A stretch of DNA of 64,000 bases from an uncultured Bacteroidales bacterium (GTDB taxonomy: Bacteria > Bacteroidota > Bacteroidia > Bacteroidales > CAIWKO01), in the NCBI GenBank assembly GCA_903913285.1, contig CAIWKO010000036.1, positions 142,691 to 206,690 of the forward strand. Reading direction: 5' to 3'. Below are positions 1 through 7,959 of the stretch, one piece after another. The number at the start of each line of letters is the position of its first letter. The stretch's first letter is position 1. Both the position numbers and the translations under genes were made by a program. The notes under the pieces are model-generated. The model did not search any database. It was not told the origin of the DNA and saw only the letters and a list, made by a program, of their open reading frames with translations.

Positions 1-524
1 GTGGTTTTTTCATCTTTTGGGTCGTAGTCGATGCTGGTGGTGTAAATGTCTTTAATTTTTTGGTAGAAAAACCTTTCCGAAATCCGTATTTCGCGAATGC
101 GTTCCTGCAACTCATTAAAATAATTCATAGAACTGCCCGATGAAAAACGCTCATCGTTAAGGGCGAATCCTTTGACGATGTATTCTTTTAACCGCTGTGT
201 GGCCCAAATCCTGAACTGCGTGCCTTGTAGTGATTTCACTCTGTAACCTACCGAAATAATTACATCTAAATTATAGTAATCCACTTCTCTTTCCACTTTG
301 CGCCCACCTTCGGTTTGAACTGTTCGGAATTTCCGAACAGTTGACCCTGCATCCAATTCGCCCTCCTCAAACACATTTTTGATATGCTCGCTGATGGTGG
401 CTTTGGATTTTTGAAACAATTCGCATAGCTGTGCCTGTGTCAGCCATACCGTTTCTTCTTCCAGGCGAACATCTATCTTTATGTTGCCGTCAGCGTTTTG
501 GTATAGGAGGATTTGGTTGTTCAT
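1..524 (-). CDS. RhuM-family protein, partial (C-terminus runs off the left window edge)
   Basis: Not in the ORF track because there is no stop in the window. Own reverse-strand translation from ATG at 522-524 reads MNNQILLYQNADGNIKIDVRLEEETVWLTQAQLCELFQKSKATISEHIKNVFEEGELDAGSTVRKFRTVQTEGGRKVEREVDYYNLDVIISVGYRVKSLQGTQFRIWATQRLKEYIVKGFALNDERF... and stays open to nt 1. This matches the N-terminal pattern I recall for RhuM/virulence-protein family genes, which commonly sit in type I R-M loci. Confidence 0.75.
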   Translation of the reverse strand, partial: MNNQILLYQNADGNIKIDVRLEEETVWLTQAQLCELFQKSKATISEHIKNVFEEGELDAGSTVRKFRTVQTEGGRKVEREVDYYNLDVIISVGYRVKSLQGTQFRIWATQRLKEYIVKGFALNDERFSSGSSMNYFNELQERIREIRISERFFYQKIKDIYTTSIDYDPKDEKT

Positions 525-548
525 TTTCTAATTATTTTTCGATTAATT

Positions 549-3140
549 TCATCTGTAATTATGTATTGTTTTGAAGGCATTTAATCTTGCCGAAAAATCA
601 TTTTTCCAATCTTCATATTGTCGCAAGTCAACACGGATATCAGTTGGGTTTAATTGGTTGCTTTGCACCTCAATACCTCCATCATGTTCAGTTGTAGAGT
701 ATTTGCCAAATAAATCTAACAATAACCTAATGTCAGAGTGTTCTACAATTACATAACCTGATAAATAACCCGCTTTTAGATTGATATTTTTGGAAAACCT
801 TTTAATAGACTCATTGGCCAGTATATCCTCAACCGATTTTTCTAACAGTTTTCTGAATTGTTTTTTTAGTTTCTCTGTGATTTCTTCTATCCGTTGTGTC
901 TGATTTAATGAAAGAGAATCAATTAAGTCAAGGTCTCTGCGAATAGAGTTTATTCTTTCCTGAATATTCTTAGCCAAGTATGGTATTTCATCACTTACAA
1001 TACCTGCTACGCCTCTATTTTTTTCTAAACCAACGATAAAACATTCTTGACCCAATTTCTTTTTATGAATGTCAAGCAGAAGCCGAACAAAGTACAAGTC
1101 GTGGGTTAAAACAATAATCTGTCTGTCGTTTGATAATTCAACAATTTTTGTTGCAATTAATTCCCGATAATCCATATCTAATGAATTTACAGGGTCATCA
1201 AATACAATACTGTTTTTCCGATTATCAATTGTGCAGTCAGCCAAGAAATTTGAAAGTGCAACGACTTTTTTCTCTCCTTCACTCAAAACAGAATCTATTG
1301 AATGTGCAATACCATTTAAACCACATTTCTGAAAAGTACTGCCATCAGTTGTTCTTGTTTTTGAAATAAGAACTTTTGATGATAAATCTTGATTAAAAAA
1401 ACTAAGGTGATTTATAAACTCCTGATGCTGCAAAGCAACAGCTTGTTCTTCCATAAATTCACCGATTTTTCTCGAAACATTTATATTCAGTTTTGACTTG
1501 CAAGTGTTAATCCATGCTTTGTATTTATACTCATCAAAATACTGTAAAATTGTGGATTTGTGATTGAATAAAAATTCTTTAGCAAATAATTCATTGTACT
1601 CAATTACTAAGGTATTTCTATTATTTAGTAGTTGAGTATTTTGCTCTAGTTGAACAACAATATTTGGCAACAAATTTCCAATAAGAGTGGAGATTGAATT
1701 TACAGTTACATTTATTTCACCTCCATTCTGTAAATGATTTATTAAGACAGTTTTTGCGGAATTTACTGATTGATTAAATGCTTCATGTTGAATTTGAAAG
1801 TCAGTAATATATTGTTCCAACTCTGTGAAATTTTCAAATGGTGCAACAACTAAATTATTATAGTCAGAAGTTTTCTGTTCAATTTCTCTTTGAATTGCAC
1901 TCAATTGGGTTGAAACATCATTCAAAATGAATTTGCTAAAACCAAGCAATCTTTGCTTTGCTGCTTCATTCAAATCTTGTTGACAGAATACACACTTCTC
2001 CATTGATGCCGCAGACGGAAAATTTTGACCATCCGTCATTCCGTTACTTCCTGCGAAATTTTTGGCCGCATCCCATAGTGTTCTCCAAGGATTTGTTCCA
2101 AAACCAGCAATGGTATTCAATCCATTAAGTTCATTGGTAGCTATGTCATAAGCCTGTTTTACACTTTCATATTTGTTTCTTAGATTCCTTATTTCATGAA
2201 TTGAAGTATCATTGAATCGTTCCTCTATTCTTTTAAACTGTTGTATATAATTTTCAATTCTCCCTTTAAGAGAAGTCAGATTTTGAATATTCTGTTGCGG
2301 ATTTTGAGAATTGATTAAAGTAAATAATTCCTGTTTTCTTTCTGTATTTGTTTGACTAAATTGAATATAAGTGTCAATCTCTGTTCTTGTTTTTGATTCA
2401 ATAGCGGCATACCATTGACCAGTTGATGTAATATTTAAAATTGGGTCTAATGATGGTTTTTGAGTATTGTAGGTAATAATCTCTGAATTTAGCTTTTGAG
2501 AAATGTCATTTAAAACTGGAATTAATCTCTCTAAAACATCAATTCCTATTGGTTTGTATTGTGTAGGATTCTCATTATTGACATACACATTTCCACAATC
2601 ATTATCATAAACAAAAATTGAACTCATTGCAGAGTGTGTCGGTGAATTTTCCAGCCATTGAAAAGGAGTATTTATCCCATTGACTTCAATAATAAAATCA
2701 ACTTTCTGTTGAGTGGCAGAAGGAGAGAAAACGTTTTTCTTTAATTCCACATTTGAGTTTCGGCTCCAACATAATTTTTTTAAAATTCTTGAATAGCTTG
2801 ATTTACCAGAACCATTATTCCCATAAACAACGGTCAAACCGCTGTTTGGAAATTGTAAATGCCCTTGATTGTGCAAAGCACAAACATTTATCGGGTCTTG
2901 AATACTGATTAATTTTGGATAGACTGTGCCAGTAGCCACAGTTGTAGGAATATGTGTATTGTCAATTGGAATTGCGTTTAATGTAACTGTTGTGTCGCCA
3001 TTTTCTTTTTTTAACAGCGAAACAAGCTCTGCAATGTCAGTATGAGTAATAGTAGAACTTGATATTATTCTCCGCAATGCATCTTTTAAAAACGATGGCT
3101 TATTGTTAGCCCAAATTAATATATCGTTATAAATAGCCAT
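549..3140 (-). CDS. AAA_13-type ABC/SMC-like ATPase with coiled-coil CxxC insert; RloC/PrrC-like restriction-linked protein (putative anticodon-nuclease-type effector)
   Basis: Walker A GNNGSGKSS (aa107-115, nt 2796-2822). A ~500-aa helix-prone insert carries CVFC (aa383-386, nt 1983-1994). Signature-like LSEGEKK (aa619-625), Walker B IVFDDP (aa645-650), VLTHD. Starts 4 nt after the hsdS stop on the same strand. Confidence 0.6.
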   Translation of the reverse strand: MAIYNDILIWANNKPSFLKDALRRIISSSTITHTDIAELVSLLKKENGDTTVTLNAIPIDNTHIPTTVATGTVYPKLISIQDPINVCALHNQGHLQFPNSGLTVVYGNNGSGKSSYSRILKKLCWSRNSNVELKKNVFSPSATQQKVDFIIEVNGINTPFQWLENSPTHSAMSSIFVYDNDCGNVYVNNENPTQYKPIGIDVLERLIPVLNDISQKLNSEIITYNTQKPSLDPILNITSTGQWYAAIESKTRTEIDTYIQFSQTNTERKQELFTLINSQNPQQNIQNLTSLKGRIENYIQQFKRIEERFNDTSIHEIRNLRNKYESVKQAYDIATNELNGLNTIAGFGTNPWRTLWDAAKNFAGSNGMTDGQNFPSAASMEKCVFCQQDLNEAAKQRLLGFSKFILNDVSTQLSAIQREIEQKTSDYNNLVVAPFENFTELEQYITDFQIQHEAFNQSVNSAKTVLINHLQNGGEINVTVNSISTLIGNLLPNIVVQLEQNTQLLNNRNTLVIEYNELFAKEFLFNHKSTILQYFDEYKYKAWINTCKSKLNINVSRKIGEFMEEQAVALQHQEFINHLSFFNQDLSSKVLISKTRTTDGSTFQKCGLNGIAHSIDSVLSEGEKKVVALSNFLADCTIDNRKNSIVFDDPVNSLDMDYRELIATKIVELSNDRQIIVLTHDLYFVRLLLDIHKKKLGQECFIVGLEKNRGVAGIVSDEIPYLAKNIQERINSIRRDLDLIDSLSLNQTQRIEEITEKLKKQFRKLLEKSVEDILANESIKRFSKNINLKAGYLSGYVIVEHSDIRLLLDLFGKYSTTEHDGGIEVQSNQLNPTDIRVDLRQYEDWKNDFSARLNAFKTIHNYR

Positions 3141-3144
3141 ACTT

Positions 3145-4377
3145 CTAATTTTCTATTGTCGCAAGTTTTGAAAGTAGTAAATCTTTCAATGTACTTAAAG
3201 CAATTTGCTGTTTCTTTTTCATTTTTAAACAGTTGTTCAAATTCATACTACTGATCATGTACTTTTGTAAAATGTATTTTGATGGAAATACAATTTTTTG
3301 TTGGCCAAAAGTTTTAATAGTGATTGCACTCTGAGTAGATCCAATAGTTATTTCATTGATTAAGTTGGTAAATTGTTCAGTTTGCATAAAATCATACAAT
3401 AAATAATTTGAATTTTCATACTTAAAATTCTTAAACCAAATTACATTCCCGTCTTTGAAGTAGAACTCTTCCTCATCAACCATATAGGTAGAACCTATTG
3501 TGCCAACGGCGGTCATTAGAATGTCTCCTTTGCTTGGTTTACCATAGTTCTTGATAAGTTCATCATATCGTTTATAAGAAATATAGATAAGGTCTGAAAT
3601 AACTGCACCTGCTTTTTTTTGCGTAATTTCTTTCCCTCTATAGAAAGGTATTCCGTATTTTTGATATTCACTCTCAAAAATCCTTTTGCTTGAAGTTATT
3701 TCACAAATTGAAGAAATTTCTTTCAATTCCCATCCCTTCGGCACGTCCCCCAATTCACTTTCCACCAACTCCCCACCATTCGTTTTATAAGGTTTTCCTG
3801 CTGCATCCGGAAATTCAAAATCAACAAACCACTGCTTATAAATGGCCTGTGCCGTTTCTTCCAGTTTTTGTATAAGTTGGTTATTCAGATTAATGCGGTC
3901 AACAATGGCGTTGTATTCTTTTACGATTTCTTTTTGTTTTTCAGGGCTTGGAATAGGTAGTTCAGTATTACACATTTCTTCCCATGAGAACATTTCACGA
4001 ACACTACCATGCGACATAAATCTTGCATAACGGTCAAACTCTGGTCTGCGAAACCACATCATCAAGTATTCAGGCAGCAATTCTTTTTCATCTTTTATTT
4101 CGAACACATCATAGGCTTGTGAAACCATAGCTGTTTTGTCTTCCTGATATAACGCAATAGTAATCTTCTCGCCATTACGTGATGTAACAGAGCAATAAGC
4201 AAACTGATTTTTATTGAGAATTCTATAGGTCGACATATCCGTTCCTATAGTGTTTGAAATGGATGGAATAAATTTTTTCTGTATACTCAACCCGATCAAA
4301 TTATCAATTTGAAGGTTTCGGTTCCGTTTGTCAACCAAATTGATATAATCTTCCAGCCGCTTATAATTTGATCTCAT
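3145..4377 (-). CDS. hsdS: Type I restriction-modification specificity subunit HsdS
   Basis: 410 aa with two variable halves separated by a conserved helical spacer (LPIPSPEKQKEIVKEYNAIVDRINLNNQLIQKLEETAQAIYKQWFVDFEFP), with a similar C-terminal helix. Start overlaps the hsdM stop by 17 nt. Confidence 0.85.
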   Translation of the reverse strand: MRSNYKRLEDYINLVDKRNRNLQIDNLIGLSIQKKFIPSISNTIGTDMSTYRILNKNQFAYCSVTSRNGEKITIALYQEDKTAMVSQAYDVFEIKDEKELLPEYLMMWFRRPEFDRYARFMSHGSVREMFSWEEMCNTELPIPSPEKQKEIVKEYNAIVDRINLNNQLIQKLEETAQAIYKQWFVDFEFPDAAGKPYKTNGGELVESELGDVPKGWELKEISSICEITSSKRIFESEYQKYGIPFYRGKEITQKKAGAVISDLIYISYKRYDELIKNYGKPSKGDILMTAVGTIGSTYMVDEEEFYFKDGNVIWFKNFKYENSNYLLYDFMQTEQFTNLINEITIGSTQSAITIKTFGQQKIVFPSKYILQKYMISSMNLNNCLKMKKKQQIALSTLKDLLLSKLATIEN

Positions 4378-5935
4378 ACCCTAGTTCTATAAAAACTTTC
4401 AGCAAATCATTTTTCGATTGTTCTTCGGCTTTCAGCAGTTCGGCAAACTCGCTTTGCAATACCTGCATCTTTTCATCAAAATCTATACTCTCATCACGGT
4501 TGATAAACTCTATGTATTTGCTGGGCACCAACGAAAAATCCTTTTTTAGCACTTCGTCAAAAGAAGCACTGTGACAAAATTCAGGAATATTAAAGGCATT
4601 GGACACTTCATGTTGTACCCCCAAAGTTTGCCAATTATGAAAGGTTTCCGTAACCTTCCTAATGTCTTCTTCCGAAAACTGCACGTATTTCTTTTCAAAG
4701 GGAATACCCATTTGCCTCAGGTCCATAAACAGAATTTCACGTTCGCGATCCCTGTAATTCTTTACCGTTCCATCGTGTTCCACGATTCTGGCTTTTTTGT
4801 TTTTATTCAAAATCCAGATGGTAACACTGATATCGGTGGTATAAAACAAATTGCGGGGCATCACCATAATAGCTTCTACCAGATTGTTCTCAATAATTTT
4901 CCTTCTGATCTTATATTCCTCACCTCCACCGCTCAGAGCACCATTGGCCAATACAAAACCGGCCATCCCATCATCTGATAATTTGCTCACCATGTTCAAT
5001 ATCCATGCATAGTTGGCATTGCCTGTAGGCGGCACATCATAACCACGCCAGCGTGGGTCGTCCACCAATTCATTATCTGCCCTCCATTGTTTTTGGTTAA
5101 AAGGCGGATTGGCCATAATATAATCGGCTTTCAGGTCCTTGTGCTGGTCGTCGGCAAAGGTGTTGGCAGCCTTTTCGCCCAGGTTGGCCGATATTCCGCG
5201 TATGGCCAGGTTCATCTTGGCCAGTTTGTAAGTGGTGTTGGTATATTCCTGTCCGTAAATAGAAACTTCCTGTTTGTTGCCGTGGTGGCTCTCTATAAAC
5301 TTTATGGATTGCACAAACATACCCCCCGAACCGCAGCAGGGGTCATAAATAATGCCTTTATAAGGCTCTATCATTTCGGCTATCAGGTTAACTATGCTTT
5401 TTGGGGTATAGAATTCTCCTTTACCCTTGCCTTCGGCCAAAGCAAATTTGCTCAGGAAATATTCGTACACCTTGCCCACTATATCCTGCTGTTTGTCTTT
5501 CAGGGTATCAATATTGCTGATCTCATCAATCAGTGAGGCCAGTTTCGAGGCATCCAGTCCCAGACGGGAGAAATAGTTATCAGGCAGGGCGCCTTTCAGC
5601 GATTTGTTGTTCTTTTCAATAGTATGCAATGCCGTGTCAATGATCAAAGCCAGGTCGCTTTGTTTGGCTTTTTTCACAATATAGCTCCAGCGCGAAATTT
5701 CTTCCAGGTAAAACACATTGCTCATATTATAGAAATCAGCCATTTCAATGTATTTCTCTTTGCCATCGACAATCAACTTTGCCCTGTGTTCTTCAAATTT
5801 ATCGCTGGCAAACTTCAAAAAAATCAAACCCAACACCACATGTTTATACTCGGCAGGTTCTACACTACCCCTCAGTTTATTCGCCGCTTCCCAAAGGTTC
5901 ACTTCAATCGCTTTCGCTTTAACTTCTTTCGCCAT
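4361..5935 (-). CDS. hsdM: Type I restriction-modification DNA methyltransferase subunit HsdM (N6-adenine)
   Basis: AdoMet motif DPCCGSGGMF, catalytic NPPF (IMANPPFNQKQW) and the N-terminal HsdM_N-like segment LWEAANKLRGSVEPAEYKHVVLGLIFLKF. Confidence 0.9.
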   Translation of the reverse strand: MAKEVKAKAIEVNLWEAANKLRGSVEPAEYKHVVLGLIFLKFASDKFEEHRAKLIVDGKEKYIEMADFYNMSNVFYLEEISRWSYIVKKAKQSDLALIIDTALHTIEKNNKSLKGALPDNYFSRLGLDASKLASLIDEISNIDTLKDKQQDIVGKVYEYFLSKFALAEGKGKGEFYTPKSIVNLIAEMIEPYKGIIYDPCCGSGGMFVQSIKFIESHHGNKQEVSIYGQEYTNTTYKLAKMNLAIRGISANLGEKAANTFADDQHKDLKADYIMANPPFNQKQWRADNELVDDPRWRGYDVPPTGNANYAWILNMVSKLSDDGMAGFVLANGALSGGGEEYKIRRKIIENNLVEAIMVMPRNLFYTTDISVTIWILNKNKKARIVEHDGTVKNYRDREREILFMDLRQMGIPFEKKYVQFSEEDIRKVTETFHNWQTLGVQHEVSNAFNIPEFCHSASFDEVLKKDFSLVPSKYIEFINRDESIDFDEKMQVLQSEFAELLKAEEQSKNDLLKVFIELGYEIKL

Positions 5936-6182
5936 TTTGTTTTAATAATATTCGATTTATGAATTGCCTGTTCAGATATTAGTTCTTTCCTGATCAGATA
6001 TTAATCATTTTCACACTTCAAATGTATCTATTTTTTCAAAACAATACATTTGAGTTTGTTTTTATTTTTTAAGAACAGTTTAAATTTAAATTTTGATAAG
6101 AAGGTCTTGAGTGTTTTTCAAAAACAACCTGTTCGGCTGTTCATCCTGACTGAAAGGAGGTTCCGCGGGAGATGAGGGCTGT

Positions 6183-6371
6183 TTGGCATCCCGTTCCGGC
6201 AGTTTCGCGGTGTGCTCCCTTTACTTCGCGGTGTGCTCCCTTTGTTTCGCGCTGCACTCCCTTTGTTTCGCGGTATGCTCCTTTTGTTTCGCGGTATGCT
6301 CCCTTTGTTTCGCGCTGCACTCCCTTTGTTTCGCGGTATGCTCCTTTTGTTTCGCGGTGCGTTCAGTTTGC
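6183..6371. repeat. 21-bp tandem array A1 (8-9 units, consensus TTCGCGGTGTGCTCCCTTTGT)
   Basis: TTCGCG unit starts at 6204, 6225, 6246, 6267, 6288, 6309, 6330 and 6351, all exactly 21 apart. The array ends in a 29-nt junction, gttcagtttgctttgtgaggggtgaacga (6361-6389). Confidence 0.95.
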
Positions 6372-6444
6372 TTTGTGAGGGGTGAACGATATTAGCAGAA
6401 TGACACACTTTTCTGAACACTCCCTGAACACTCCCTATAACAAC

Positions 6445-6906
6445 ACTTGAACCGACCAATACAACACCCGAATTGTTCAATACATAACTTGAACCGACCA
6501 TAACGATACCCGAATTGTATATAACGACACTTGAACCGACCATTACGATACTTGAATTGTTCAATACATAACTTGAACCGACCAATACAACACCCGAATT
6601 GTTCAATACATAACTTGAACCGACCATTACGATACCCGAATTGTTTATAACAACACTTGAACCGACCATTACGATACTTGAATTGTTCAATACATAACTT
6701 GAACCGACCATTACGATACCCGAATTGTTTATAACAACACTTGAACCGACCATTACGATACTTGAATTGTTCAATACATAACTTGAACCGACCATTACGA
6801 TACTTGAATTGTTCAATACATAACTTGAACCGACCATTACGATACCCGAATTGTTTATAACAACACCTGAACCGACCATAACGATACTTGAATTGTTCTT
6901 CGCGTA
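6445..6906. repeat. 21-bp-period tandem array B1 (22 half-units; 42-bp super-unit ACTTGAACCGACCATTACGAT+ACCCGAATTGTTTATAACAAC)
   Basis: The AC(T/C)(T/C)GAA unit start recurs from 6445 to 6886. That is 441 nt, or 21x21, so there are no indels across 462 bp. Confidence 0.95.
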
Positions 6907-7066
6907 CAAGTATTAACTCAATCCCAAACTGCAATTATTCTTTCTGCTTCATAAAATATACGTTTCGTTCATGTCATTGTTCATTTAATCGAAGTCAGAA
7001 TTCTTTTCGATTTTGTCAATGGTGTTTCCATACTTGTCAATGTCATTTCAGTGATGGTCAAGTTGT

Positions 7067-7444
7067 TTCGCGGCGTGGTCAAGTTGTTTCGCAATGCGTT
7101 CCCATAACATTTCGGTGTGCTCCCTTTGTTTCGCGCTGCACTCCCTTTGTTTCGCGCTGCACTCCCTTTGTTTCGCGGTGTGCTCCCTTTGTTTCGCGGT
7201 GCGCTCCTTTTGTTTCGCGGTATGCTCCCTTTGCTTCGCGGTGCGCTCCTTTTGTTTCGCGGTGTGCTCCCTTTGTTTTGCGGTGCGCTCCCTTTACTTC
7301 GCGGTGCGTTCCCTTTGTTTCGCGACGCGCTCCTTTTGTTTCGCGGTGTGCTCCCTTTGCTTCGCGGTGTGCTCTTTTTGCTTCGCGGTGCGCTCCTTTT
7401 GTTTCGCGGTGCGCTCCCTTTACTTCGCGGTACGTTCAGTTTGC
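7067..7444. repeat. 21-bp tandem array A2 (18 units, same family as A1)
   Basis: Unit starts run from 7067 to 7424 (357 = 17x21). One unit has a +2/-2 compensating offset near 7109-7130. The array is followed by a 29/29 identical copy of the A1 junction at 7434-7462. Confidence 0.95.
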
Positions 7445-7476
7445 TTTGTGAGGGGTGAACGAGAGACTGTTCTGAC

Positions 7477-7539
7477 ACTTGAATTGTTTATAACGGCACT
7501 TGAACCGACCATAACGATACCCGAATTGTTCTTTACGAC
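7477..7539. repeat. Short B-type array B2 (3 half-units)
   Basis: acttgaattgtttataacggc / acttgaaccgaccataacgat / acccgaattgttctttacgac, lying directly after the A2 junction in the same order as A1-junction-B1. Confidence 0.85.
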
Positions 7540-7617
7540 ATGAAACTGTTTTTTAAAGATAAAGCTTTTAAAGTTGATGATTCATCGTTTTACTACATTG
7601 TCTATCTATATTCTCTC

Positions 7618-7885
7618 TACCCTGAAGGCAGCAATACCATTCATGCCTTTATCAAAAACAACTTGGTTTATCCACTTCAAGCAATAGAAAAGGAAAGCAG
7701 GTCAATGTATTCGTAACCTTTGAAATTAAAACTGATGGTAGTCTGTCGCATCCGAAAATATTGCGATGTATAGGAAATGGCGGCGATGTGGTAGCCCTTC
7801 GGGTATTGGAATTGATGTCAAAATGGTCGCCGGCGCAATCGCATGGGAAACTGGCTTGATCAACCTATACGTTGGTCGTTAGGTT
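7618..7885 (+). pseudogene. TonB C-terminal-domain gene fragment (frameshift plus in-frame stop, no N-terminal part)
   Basis: Frame a reads YPEGSNTIHAFIKNNLVYPLQAIE. After a shift in the A-run near 7686-7692, frame b reads KGKQVNVFVTFEIKTDGSLSHPKILRCIGNGGDVVALRVLELMSKWSPAQSHGKLA*STYTLVVRF. This is the classic TonB_C pattern (YP..A...G.QG.V.V.F.V..DG......V........D.EA.RV...MP.W.P....GK.V....T.P..F). Confidence 0.6.
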
Positions 7886-7959
7886 TTTGTATTATTGGGT
7901 AATTATTAATTAATGTTCTCTAATGCACTAAAAAATAGAGAATCAAATAATGTAGAAGT

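Noticed and set aside
549-1040. Calling the C-terminal domain of the 863-aa ATPase a HEPN/anticodon nuclease outright.
   Set aside because: I could not locate a canonical R-x4-6-H motif by eye. Only R-x3-D...H and R-x7-H candidates are present. Left as a hypothesis that needs an HMM or structural test.
6118-7543. Long overlapping ORFs across the minisatellite complex (6118..6909-, 6392..6934-, 6888..7451+, 6981..7478-, 7094..7543+, 7117..7458+) encoding 7- or 14-aa repeat proteins (PRNKGSA..., IVMVGSSYVLNNSS..., RCAPFVS...).
   Set aside because: A stop-free 21-nt unit is automatically open in several frames on both strands. Unit-to-unit substitutions are not concentrated at third codon positions in the frames I checked (for example PRNKGST / PRNKRSI / ARNKGSA). 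No signal peptide or plausible start context. Treated as non-coding, though a repeat protein is not fully excluded.
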